From: Trichoplax adhaerens
Lineage: Eukaryota > Animalia > Placozoa
Assembly (NCBI RefSeq): GCF_000150275.1
Contig: NW_002060952.1
Location: forward strand, 146,482-210,481
Direction: 5' to 3'
Length of the DNA: 64,000 bases
In this document: positions 26,741 through 38,300 of the stretch, one piece after another
How the letters are laid out: each line of letters begins with the position of its first letter
Numbering within the stretch: the stretch's first letter is position 1
Made by a program: the position numbers and the translations under genes
The notes under the pieces: model-generated
Databases searched by the model: none
Seen by the model: only the letters and a program-made list of their open reading frames with translations
Told to the model about the DNA's origin: nothing

Positions 26741-28060
26741 ACTGTACTGTACACTGTACACTACACACACTCACTCGGTGCAGCTATACAGTACAGTAGA
26801 CTAAAAAAGTAAGACCAGCAAAAGCTCAATTTTGGACACCAGTGTTCATTTAGTAGCATCAAGATCTTCATGACCTGGCTGGCCTTGATCTTCAATTTCA
26901 ATTTGAAAAATACGGACCAGAGTCGAGACTAATGCTGTTTGGATATGCAAGCATTATACTACTGTACAGTACACACACTCACTCGGTGTAGCTGTAGCAC
27001 TAAGAGAGACATGCAAAAGCTCAATTTTAGACACCAGTGTTCATTTAGTAGCATCAAGATCTTCATGATCTGGCTGGCCTTGATCTTCAATTTCAATTTA
27101 AAAAATACGGACCAGAGTCGAGACTAATGCTGTTTGGATATGCAAGCATTATACTACTGTACAGTACACACACTCACTCGGTGTAGCTGTAGCACTAAGA
27201 GAGACATGCAAAAGCTCAATTTTAGACACCAGTGTTCATTTAGCAGCATCAAGATCTTCATGATCTGGCTGGCCTTGATCTTCAATTTCAATTTGAAAAA
27301 TACGAACCAGAGTCGAGACTAATGCTGTTTGGATATGCAAGCATTATACTACTGTACAGTATACACACTCACTAGGTGTAGCGGTAGCACTAAGAGAGAC
27401 ATGCAAAAGCTCAATTTTGGACACCAGTGTTCATTTAGTAGCATCAAGATCTTCATGATCTGGCTGGCCTTGATCTTCAATTTTAATTTGAAAAATACGG
27501 ACCAGAGTCGAGACTAATGCTGTTTGGATATGCAAGCATTATACTACTGTACAGTACATACACTCACTCGGTGTAGCTGTAGTACTAAAAGAGGCATGCA
27601 AAGGCTCAATTTGGGACACCAGTGTTCATTTAGTAGCATCAAGATCTTCATCATCTGGTCTGGTCTGGTCTTGATCTTCAATTTCAATTTGAAAAACACG
27701 GACCAGAGCCGAGACCAGGGTTGTTCGGATATGCAAGCATTATAATACTGTACTGTACACACACTTATTCGGTGTAGCTGTAGTACTAAAAGAGAGACAA
27801 GCAAAGGCTAAATTTTGGATATGCAGAGCATTATCATCCTGTAGATGACTTGCAAAATAGAATATACTGTAAGATATACGAATTTGGAATGGGCAGCATA
27901 AAACCTATTAACTTATACATTATTTCATGATTTCAATTTCAATATTTAAAAGACAAACCAGAGTCGAGACCAGTGTTGTCCGCATATGCAAGCATTACAG
28001 TGCTGTAGATGATTCCCAAAATATAATATGCGATGAGATATTGTATATGAATTTGGAATA
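26741..28060. repeat. 195-bp tandem array (about 5.5 copies plus a decayed tail) between divergent ZMAT5 and IQCD
   Basis: TTGGATATGCAAGCATTATACTACTG at 26939, 27134, 27329 and 27524 (period 195). Edge copies are more diverged, with a partial copy at about 27930-28060. Confidence 0.97.
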
Positions 28061-28453
28061 CAGCCATATTAGTATTCGTACAGTAAGACAGTTTATCTAT
28101 ACTGTATATTGTAATACTTGTATATACGTAACATATATATATATATTTTTATATCGTACCAAGAGGGAAACCATGGACTAGCACAACCGGCCAGATTGCC
28201 TTTGTACATGAAATACTGCATAAGTTAATAATGTTTTATATTGCATGGCTACAGTAGTAAAGAGATACAGTATAAGGCAAGTTATCTGGCTTACGCCATT
28301 ACAGACAGCCGACCCGTTAACACTGTTCCGACATGGAGTAGACTGTTCATACGAGGCACTGTATCATATGCTACAGTATAGGATAGTATACTGAAATACT
28401 ATTAAAGTGACGGAGTGCAAACAATAGGCGGTGGAGTACTACACGTAGGATCG

Positions 28454-28467
28454 GTTACTATAGCGAC
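28454..28467 (-). promoter_or_regulatory. RFX X-box upstream of IQCD
   Basis: GTTACTATAGCGAC; the reverse complement GTCGCTATAGTAAC fits the X-box consensus GTHNYY-AT-RRNAAC. It lies about 580 nt upstream of the ATG of a motile-cilium gene. Confidence 0.65.
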
Positions 28468-29045
28468 AGAAAGGACACAAACGCTAAACAACAATTTGCA
28501 GTCAAAGTCGTCAATTTGGAGGAATATCGTATACAAGAATATCTCGCTGTGCCCTGCTGTACAGGCATATCATATAGGGCTTGTGGTGCAGTTAATAAAT
28601 AAATTTTAGATACTACACCTTATTATGCAGTTTAGGGTAGACCCTTATTGCCACAACGTTCAAGCATCAAATAGTACAACTACTTTGAAAAATTATTGAA
28701 TATTTGGCTGAACACGCTTAAGTTAGCCAGCTATTAATTCAAAAATTTCCGTCTCAACAAGTAATCATTTCATTAACGCCGCATAAGTTAAGGGAGCATT
28801 GAGGATTACTCTATTTTCTTTATGGATATTACTTGCATTTAACCAGAACTTTCACTATACACGTTGAAATTTGATACCAAAATTCGACAGCTGATCTTGA
28901 CAACCCATCGCGATATACGAACGAAAGATTGAAACAATTTTCTCCCTGGAAACGACCATTTCCAAACAGATAAACACTAATTTATTATCATAATCTTGAA
29001 TCAACGTTTAGCTCACGGTGCAAATACAGCAAACTAGATATTACA

Positions 29046-30666
29046 ATGAATATTGCAACGGTTTCTGGCTCCATTGACTTTGCCACCTTCCGAAAGTTGA
29101 AAAAGACTCACAATGTCGGAGGAATTCTAGTAAGTAAAGGTAATCATGGCAAAGCATCCTCCATACCAAGTGATGTCTTGAGAATCCTAGACCCGGCCAA
29201 AAAGAAATTAACTTCCGTCGAGGGACAACGAATCTTGGCAGTGATTTCAGAAGGAATTAAGAGAGTAGAAATTGTCAGTTTATGCAAATATGCAATAGAG
29301 AACCTAGATCGATTTTCAGTAAGCTTTGGCACTGAACTAACTAGTTGTTTAGAAGCGCATAAAGAACTTCTTACTAAATACATGGATATTTGGACAGAAT
29401 TAAAAAATGTAACAGGAACTGATTTTTTCTCTCTTGGAGTATCTAAAACAACAACCCGCCGTGCTAGTTCAGCAACTTCACATAGTGATCGTGGAGAAGA
29501 CACCGCTGATGTCCACCACCTTAGTGACAAGGAAAGATTTAAAGGTCAATATAATTATCTCCAAACTCTAGAAGGGCAAATTTATCACTCATGTAGGACT
29601 CTGCTTCGTCACTTCTCCAACAATCCCACTGCAGTGGATGCGTTGAAATCTGAAAATATCGCAATCAATCGTCAAAAAGAAACTGGTGATCTCATCGCTA
29701 CAATGGTCGAACTAAAGGCCATACTATTAAGTAAGCTACTAACTACACCTAATGAAGAAAAGATTAAGGAGCAACACCTCGCTCATGTTACTCAGAGTGA
29801 ACGAAAAGCCGGTGAAGTGATAAAAATGCTAGAAGCAGAATTAAATGCAGCTGTAGAGGATAGAGATGAAGAGGTAGTTTTGATAATGCTCATTCACGTA
29901 AGCGTAGCAAGAGAGTTTAATTTTTTTTTTAATATTTTAATCTGTAGGTGTCAAAGCGGAACGAGATCATCCGTCGCTTAAAAAATGATCTTCATAGCAT
30001 AGAAAAATATAGTGAAGAAATGAATAGGCGCACATTATCAGAAGCTGTTAAACAAGAAGCAGCCGATACAAAAAATTCCGAAGGCAGACGTTCCAAAATG
30101 CAACATGACATTGCTAATATACGCCAGACATTAGCAACAATAACGCTTACTCATAGAGAATCCGAACTTAATTTAAGAAAGAAAAAATATAAACTTGAGA
30201 CTGAAGTGGAAAACTGGATTCAAAAGTATGATCAAGATATGTCAGAAAGACAGGTTAGCCAACTGTTAAAATTGTTCATTATAAGAAGCAATTAAAAATG
30301 TATAAATTAAAGTACCTATAATTAATTTTAAATTAAAAATTGTAGAATGAAATAGAAGAAATACAAGAAGTTTACACTAAAGAAAAGGCTCAGCTAGCAG
30401 CAATAGAAGGAAAGTTTAAAACATTAAAGGAAGAATATGACGCTATTATGAAAGAGAGACGAATAGCTAGAGAAGCAGCAGAAGCCGCAGAACGTCAAAT
30501 GGCTGCAATGGCTAGAGCTGCCATAAGAATTCAAACTTATTATCGCGCATTTAAAGCACGTAGATTGCTACAGAAGAAAAAAGAAAAATTACGCAAGAAG
30601 AGAAGAAAGGGTAAAGGCAAAAAGACGGGAATGCTTTCCAAATTAGGAAGGAAACGAAGAAGATAA
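29046..30666 (+). CDS. IQCD: IQ domain-containing protein D / dynein regulatory complex subunit 10
   Basis: RILDPAKKKLTSVEGQRILAVI N-terminal motif, coiled coil with LRKKKYKLETEVENWIQKYDQDM, IQ motif AAIRIQTYYRAFKARR, basic tail. Exons 29046-29873, 29948-30253, 30346-30666. Confidence 0.93.
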
Positions 30667-33600
30667 TTGGTTGAATGGACGTCCAACATCTACACTTTCC
30701 TACTCAATATAATATTTTCAATATACAGTATATGATTTTACTGGTGTTTATTTCATCATTTTCTTTATGGATAATATGCTATTGCATAAGCACCCATTTG
30801 TATCATATTGCAGTTCTTGCTAAATTTTTTAATATGCTTTTGGATTTTAGTGTAATATGTAAATCTTTCTAATTAATCAGTGTAATATAATATTAATAAC
30901 TAGGGCAATAATTTTCGCGAAGAGTTATAAATTAAGTTAGTCATAATAATATCTCAGTGAATGTAATACAATGGTAGCTATCGGTAAACCAGGACAAAGG
31001 TAATCACAACCTGTACCTCAATGTAAATACCAAGATACTCACTTAATTCATTTTTTTCTATTTCATTTCTGGCTTTTAAAGCATTTTATAGGATAAATTA
31101 GTATCGCTTTTATATCATCTCGAGAATTATATAATGAATATAAATATCTCACCAGCATAATGCACTTACAGAATATATATTTATATATTATGCTTATATC
31201 AAATGACAGTAGTATGTCTTATAAAATAGAAATACAATACTTATGATTTCATTTTATGTAATTCAATTGTTTAGATATTGCATTAAAATAGCCATACTAA
31301 TAGTAATCTACCTCCATTTTATTCTACCTTGGTACTTATCAGCATGTATGGAGTGAATCATTAATATAAATTTACACTACATGCAACTAAAAGCTGATTA
31401 ACACTCGTTTGATATAGACTAAAATGACAGTAGTAATCCCAATTAACCTTTAATCTCTGACCGACTAATTCGGCAATAATAGCGATATTTTTAAATCACA
31501 CCTTATTTAGTTAACCATCTTTTTGACTGGCGATAAATCCTTCAGCTTTGTCATTTTGACAAACACGAGGCTTTTACTTTCAGATTGTCTCCTTATTACC
31601 ACTCTGAGTAATTATATTTAATCGAAGTTATTAAGCAGTTTACTGTTTCTGGGCTTTGATTATAATGCGTATTTAAAACAGTCCATGCATAGAAGATAAC
31701 CAGTTAACTCATACTTACTGCAAATAAATGCGCAACAGACGATTCCAAAGCTCCTATTTTAGTCAATGCAGTTACTTAGATGCCTTCTTGTCAAAAGCTT
31801 TTTGCTTTCATTTTCATTTTATTCGGACTCTTATTTCCTGCAGATAAACTTACAGTGCAAAATTCAGAGAGTGTTAGTGTGCAGTAATGCAACCAATCTA
31901 AATTACATAAAGCAGTGTCCTAATCGAACGGGAAAAGGAAATTAGTTTACCGCTTTTTCAATATTTTGATACGTGAACTGTTATTAGGGCTAAAATTCAG
32001 GGTTTACTTATTGTTAGGAACTAGGCTGGCATTTAATGGAACAAGGAATGATTAGATTGCGTTATAAAAGGCCTTACTTTGTTCTACTTTGATTTAATTT
32101 TATTTAATCCGCAGCGACTCTTTTGATATCCTTATTTGATCAATAAAAGCGCTTCTACATATAATGATTGAAAATGATTTTGATTTGGGTATGGAATAAT
32201 ACGATTGACTCCACTACAGGTTAGGACGATATTTTAGTTGACAAAGCGTGACTGAACTCAATAAGTTATAACTGTGCAGTAGTCCCCGCCACCTTACATA
32301 AAGTTCTTCGAATATTCAGCTATTACTGTTAGGACATAATAATACGGAGCTACTGCTACTCAGCCAGTTACCAGCCTTGGCCTCTTAATGGCGTCGCTTG
32401 CCAAATACGGCGTATTAATTCATTTACCGTATAACTAGAATGATCTTCCGTACGCGTATAGTGTACCAGGGCTACTATAAAGGTTCCCGACTGCATGACG
32501 CATTATACTACAAGTTTAAAAGGCATCCGCCCAAGTTGCAAGTTAATTACAATTTTTCTTTCGTTTACTTTCACTACTCAAAACGATCAAAAGTAATTTT
32601 TAGAGGCTTATACGACTAGCTGACTCTACGCGTACGGTACGCCGATATGGTATGGACTTTTAGAAATATACCAAGTACAGTATATTTGTAAAAGTTCATG
32701 GTATCTATCAGTAAGTTCATGTCTGGGCCCATCGAATTCTATTTTACATTGTCTTGAATTACTAAAAGAAGACTAAAAGAAGATCTTCGTTATGTTCTCC
32801 CGGGCGATACTAGTGTCAATCACGCAAGACCAGGTTAGACATTGCAAAGTAGGCTGAAACGTGGAGTCCACTTTCAATTCTGGGTTGCCTTCCCACAAGT
32901 GAAATACCAATATATACAATCTGATTCTTTTCCATGGCACCCTTCGTTAAGAAATCAAAGTCGTATTCCGTTATGATATTTATGTATATATACAGTAGCC
33001 GTAGTTTGGGCTAGATGGAACTTCTACAATTTTATTTTTCAGTCAATGAGTAGACGTTCTAAGTCGATCTATCAATGACTATCATACATAACAATCTTCT
33101 TCTAGTAGTCCATGGCTGCATGCATTAACTTAACTTAGACAAGTTTGGCTAGCCAAGCAAATGCTTTATTGGCAGTACTTTACTTTAACGATCTCTGGTG
33201 CAGTACACTGTACCGTACATACTGTCTATTGCACAGTACAATGTACTGTACAGTATAATCATGGTATTGTCAGGGATTATACTGTAGTTTCCTGGTATTG
33301 TTATTCCATGACTACACGTCAAAGTTTGTACCCTCTGATTAGAGCCATAAAAATGGTCCATAAACCTAGTAGTCGTAGAGGCCCATATTAAAGCGCAGTA
33401 AGGTCAAACTTTTAAAATGGTGTATTATTTATACCTATACTGTATTGCCAGAGACTAGTAAGAGAATTTTCTCTTTCAACCATGCTTGAGTCCTTTGAGG
33501 AATACTATCATATGCATGACATGAGCGCGAGTGCAAATCTCGAACTGTATCGTACGGTATCTGTTCAAATTGTCCGAGAGGAGAATCGATTACAATATTG

Positions 33601-35300
33601 TACAGTCCGCTGCAGTAGATACCGTTCGAGTGCAGTAGAGTGTATGTTATTAATTAATTAATTAATTAATTATTAATGAATTGATAGTAACGCGTACAAT
33701 GTAGAGTAACTTCTCTACTACAGAACAAAAATAGAATGAAATAATTTCAAGCATACCGCAGTATGATACTGAGTAGTGAGTGTTAGGGTTATACCAGAGA
33801 CATGTAAGAGAAAATCTAGCTTTTCCCTCAGTCCCTGACCACTGAATTAGAATGCTTTTGAGTGAGCCTTTTGAACGAGTGCCGTTCAAAGTCGATCATT
33901 TTCCTCTCCCGTTCTTGAGGAAAGTCTAAAGGTACGACTACTATTTAGCTTCAATTTTGCCACAAACATTCTAGATGTGTAGTAGGCCAGTACTACTAGG
34001 TACTGTCCATGTACATCAGTGGCTTGGCCTACGCATGCTATATTTTTACCTTTATTCATCTTTAAAGTCAAGTAGGAAGGGAATAAAAAAATTGTTCAAG
34101 ACTCGATTGTTCATTTGCTGCTCTCTTCTATAAATTTCATTTGGATACGGTTGCCGTCACGCTCGGTACGGTACGGTAGAGTTTGATGAGAAAGTCCAAA
34201 TGTCTCTAGAGTACAGTATTGTTCAATACTGTAGAATAGAATAACAAGTACTGTAGAACACTGTAGCAGTACTGTACTGTACAGTACATTGCATTCAATC
34301 CATTTTGTCCGATCGATGTGAATACGGACGTCTGGAGTGCACCTTGGTCAGTTTATGGTCCGTTTGGTCTAGTCGTGTGCGTGTTGTACAATGCAGTGAA
34401 TGTACACACTACAGCGGTTGGCATCCAGTACAGTGTACAGTACTGACACATCTTGAATACCACACGACAAAGTACTGTCGAGTAGAGTACACACGTACTG
34501 TAGCTCCAACTAGTTTTAGACCAGAGTCTAGTTTGCGACTGTGCGAATCCATTTCAAATCTATTGTTTTCTCCAAATCCATCAAATTATCACTGGCCAAT
34601 GAACAGACTGTCAAGAAGAAGAGTTTGGACGGTAAAAGCTTGAGCCTTGAGGACAACATTTTCATTCAGCCACAGGTATTGAAACATTTATTTTCTGCTG
34701 CCATGTTATCAATGCTTGGAGAAGGTGAACAACACTATCGTGATAGCAGAAAATAAAACCAAATTATCTACTTAAGTAAATAACCTACTGTACATGACGC
34801 GATCGTGCAATCTTTCTTGTAAGCTTGAATTTTTAGCCATCATCGTTGATGATTGAATTTTTTTTTTTTTGTCTTTCTGTTTGTTGCCCAATCCTGCTAG
34901 CTGTATTGCTAACCAATGTTTGCTCAGTTTTTATAAACTGTACTCAACTTTAATCGACTAATTTGGCCAAGTCATACATTTGCTGAACTACAAAACCTCT
35001 TCATACTCAAGTTGCCGGCTTATGAATCAAGGAGAAAAGACAATTCAACATTTTTACAACAACGTTATCCTTTATTGCTGCCTAATTGACTTCAATACGC
35101 CACAAGTCTTCATAGACCTATTTCGCTATCCTAGTCGCGTCTAATAACGATTATTCTCAAGGTGAAATTAACCATCTTGTGGAATTGAAATTGCACGTAT
35201 TACAAAAAGGCTTATCACAATCACCCATTTAGCCCTGTATTACAACAGACAGATAAAGAGAGTTGTCAGTCATCCTTTTGCTAACTCAAGCCACTAAACC

Positions 35301-38300
35301 ATGTCCAACAAAATGGGAATCAACGATGGTAGAGGCGACCATCATCGTAGTGGAAATAACTATAATACATATAAGCGCCCGACGTATTCGAGTAGTTCCG
35401 GTGAGGAAGACATTATCGATGGTTTCGCAATTTCCTCATACTCTTCCGTCACAGCATTGGAGGTAAGATAAATCGATTGCTTGTAATAATAATAATAAAT
35501 AAAATAGCCTATTGTAACTTACAAGACTTTCATCCGTCACCATTTTTGCCATCCAATGTAACTTGCAATCATGTTGAACATGACTGTAAAATACTGACGT
35601 CGTACGGTATGAATTTTCAAGATGGAGTAGCGATTGAAAGTATAGCATCACCGGTATTCACATTACCTTGTACAGTTTATCGATACGCTTGTTCACTGAT
35701 AGTGTCATGATTGGAGTGTTACTAACGAGTAGTACTAATAATTACTTTATACATGATGGAAAGAATGTGAATATGAACGACTATACACAAATCGAAAGAG
35801 GATACCGCTTCCATGCAGTCAAACTACTGCATACGTGGAACCGTGGTGATTATTTTACTTTTGCATGCCCGTACGGCGTTAAACAATTCGTGAACATTTG
35901 TCGACAGAATGTGAGATATTCATGTGCTAGACTTGTGTACTCGATAAAGTAGTAAATTTGATAGTCAATCCTGTCACAAATGAAAATGAGAAAGGAATGT
36001 GGCTAATTGATTAATTCGCGTATATCATGTCTCAAAATCATTCTTCAAATGAGGTTCTATTTTGGCCTTTGCTTTCATTTGTGCTATAATGACTGTAGAC
36101 TGCACATTGGAAAGTGACTAAAAAGACACTACTTGTAATATCAACTCGTTCAGTGTCACTGGCTAGTTTCCACTGCTATACCGTATCTTGTCAATGAATT
36201 TTCAAAGTAGAATTTATGTTGTACAAATCATTTTGTAAACTAGACCCGTAGTTCATTCCATTTTGCAAGATTATTCGTATATTGTCATTACCCTAGTACA
36301 TTCTTGCTTATTGATGCGGTATTTGGTGCTATAGTATTCAAGCACTGATTTCGCTAGACAGACATTGAAAATTTTTTCCATGGAGAAGTGATTTTTGCCA
36401 ACCTTAGAAGTGCTTTATCATAGGCTGTTGGACAACATGATCAATGTAATACCAATTGTATCATTACTTGGCCAATGGATTAAACAGTTTACAGCACCTT
36501 CCCCTTTCAATGACATTATTGTACATCAGACTAGAGAAGTGAACCGTACTACAAGTCATTGCTGGTATGGTGTGATGACACTAGTTCGTTGCCACTACAC
36601 TATGTATGGAGAGAGAGAGAGAGACTGTAGTGATCACACACTGTGCTCGACCCGTCAAAGTCATCGTGATAGAAGTGAGACTAAAGTCAAGTGACTAAAG
36701 ATCAATGTAGTGGTGTCACGCAACTCAGGCGTTTGTATCGTACTTTCACTCGTGTCACGACACGTCCGTTAATAATGTGTACTTTCAGTCCAGTCCAGTC
36801 CAGTCCGGTCCAGTACGGTACGGTAGAGTATGACGGGTGTTATAATGTGGAGTGGACAATGGCGATCCCTTTTCTTGCATAGCTACTAGTAAAATGCTCC
36901 AAAAAGATCAATCGTTATCAACCTTCCTCGACACATAGATCTGTTATTGTAGAAAGTTACTCACTTATTATCCCTACTTATTAAAATCATGCATGGCCGA
37001 TCAATTTTGTACAAATGGATGCAAAAATGACAATCTTCAAGGGATGCAATCACGTCCTAAAGTAGTGTAAATGGAAACAAGTACAGTAATTAAAGGACTA
37101 TACGGTACAGTCAGGGACGACCATCAACTGATGCCTAGGCAACTGTGGATCAGATGAATCAACGGTAACTGTGTATTAGCTTAAAATTCCAATGGTAGAA
37201 TTCGTATCTCATAGTTTCTGCGTTTGTCTGTGACGACGTTCCTCACGTCAGTTGGACTATAAGTCTCTCACGTACTGTATAATTGATATGTACACTTGAT
37301 GATGGATCATCATCATAATAACAATCAATATACACTCTTCAAGGAAAGGGTTATAACTAAGGGCCCGTGCGGTGTAGAGCACATGTTACAGTTGACATCT
37401 TTCTAACGGATACAATTCCTCCTTCGGTGCCAATCTCTCATCGACATGCTTGATCATAATATTATTATAAATGTTAGAACACACTGCCTTGTCGTTGACT
37501 CACGCTTTGTGGGAACCCTTTCGGCTTGTACATGTCGCATACACGCGTATAGAGATTGGAATAAATCTATCAAGGTGTACGACCAATGATGCATTCTGTA
37601 GAATACGTAATGGTTTTTCTTACTGTTCATTCTAGTAGAATGGGACGATAATGGAAATGGATAGTAAGGACAGTGTAAGTAGTTCGTTCTTCACTGCCTA
37701 GCTATCTACCATCATGATGTTAACACCGACATCCTTCAAATGGATTGTCACTCTACATCATACTTTACTATTATCTACAATCATGTTGCAACAACTCTGA
37801 TAAATGCTGAAACATGGGATTGACATGTTACGCCGTATTACATTATCGTACAAAGATGCAAAAAAAAACAATTTAGTGTACTTGCTATATGTTACGTTAC
37901 AATAAAATAAATAGATGAGCATTTTAGACGCTAACCGCAATCTCGTAGGTACTCATCAGATCAGTACCGATGATTACACCCATCTAGTTGAGTCTTGATA
38001 TATGAACATCATCATCAATATCAATTGTTGGAATAATTGATACAGGAAAAAAATTGGCTTAACAAGCATCTCATCAGTCATATGAAGTTGTGAGCTACCG
38101 GCTACAATTTTGAACTTGTAGCTTCGCGGACAACTCTTCAATACTAAGACAAGAGAGCATTTTGCAACGATTAAAAATTTTGTTATAGCATTGATAGCCA
38201 AATTACGGACAAGAAGTATGCGACTGGCATAATCACACATTCTCGCTAATTACAACATTGGATGACGCGCACGTAGTTGACAATATTGATCGTATTATTA

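Noticed and set aside
26939-27745. Four near-identical 62-73 aa ORFs (MDMQALYYCTVH...) that look like a peptide gene cluster or CRISPR-like array
   Set aside because: They are a by-product of the 195-bp tandem unit: called from TTG starts, with no signal peptide or homology and no unique spacers between repeats.
32890-37515. Two CSL/Su(H)-type TGTGGGAA sites (32890-32897 minus, 37508-37515 plus) around the AUTS2-like gene
   Set aside because: About one such 8-mer is expected by chance in 64 kb on both strands, and they are neither paired nor clustered.
33161-38240. Assorted 60-110 aa ORFs in the AUTS2-like upstream region and intron 1
   Set aside because: No recognisable domains, composition driven by ACTGT/CAGTC repeats, and no consistent splice chain.
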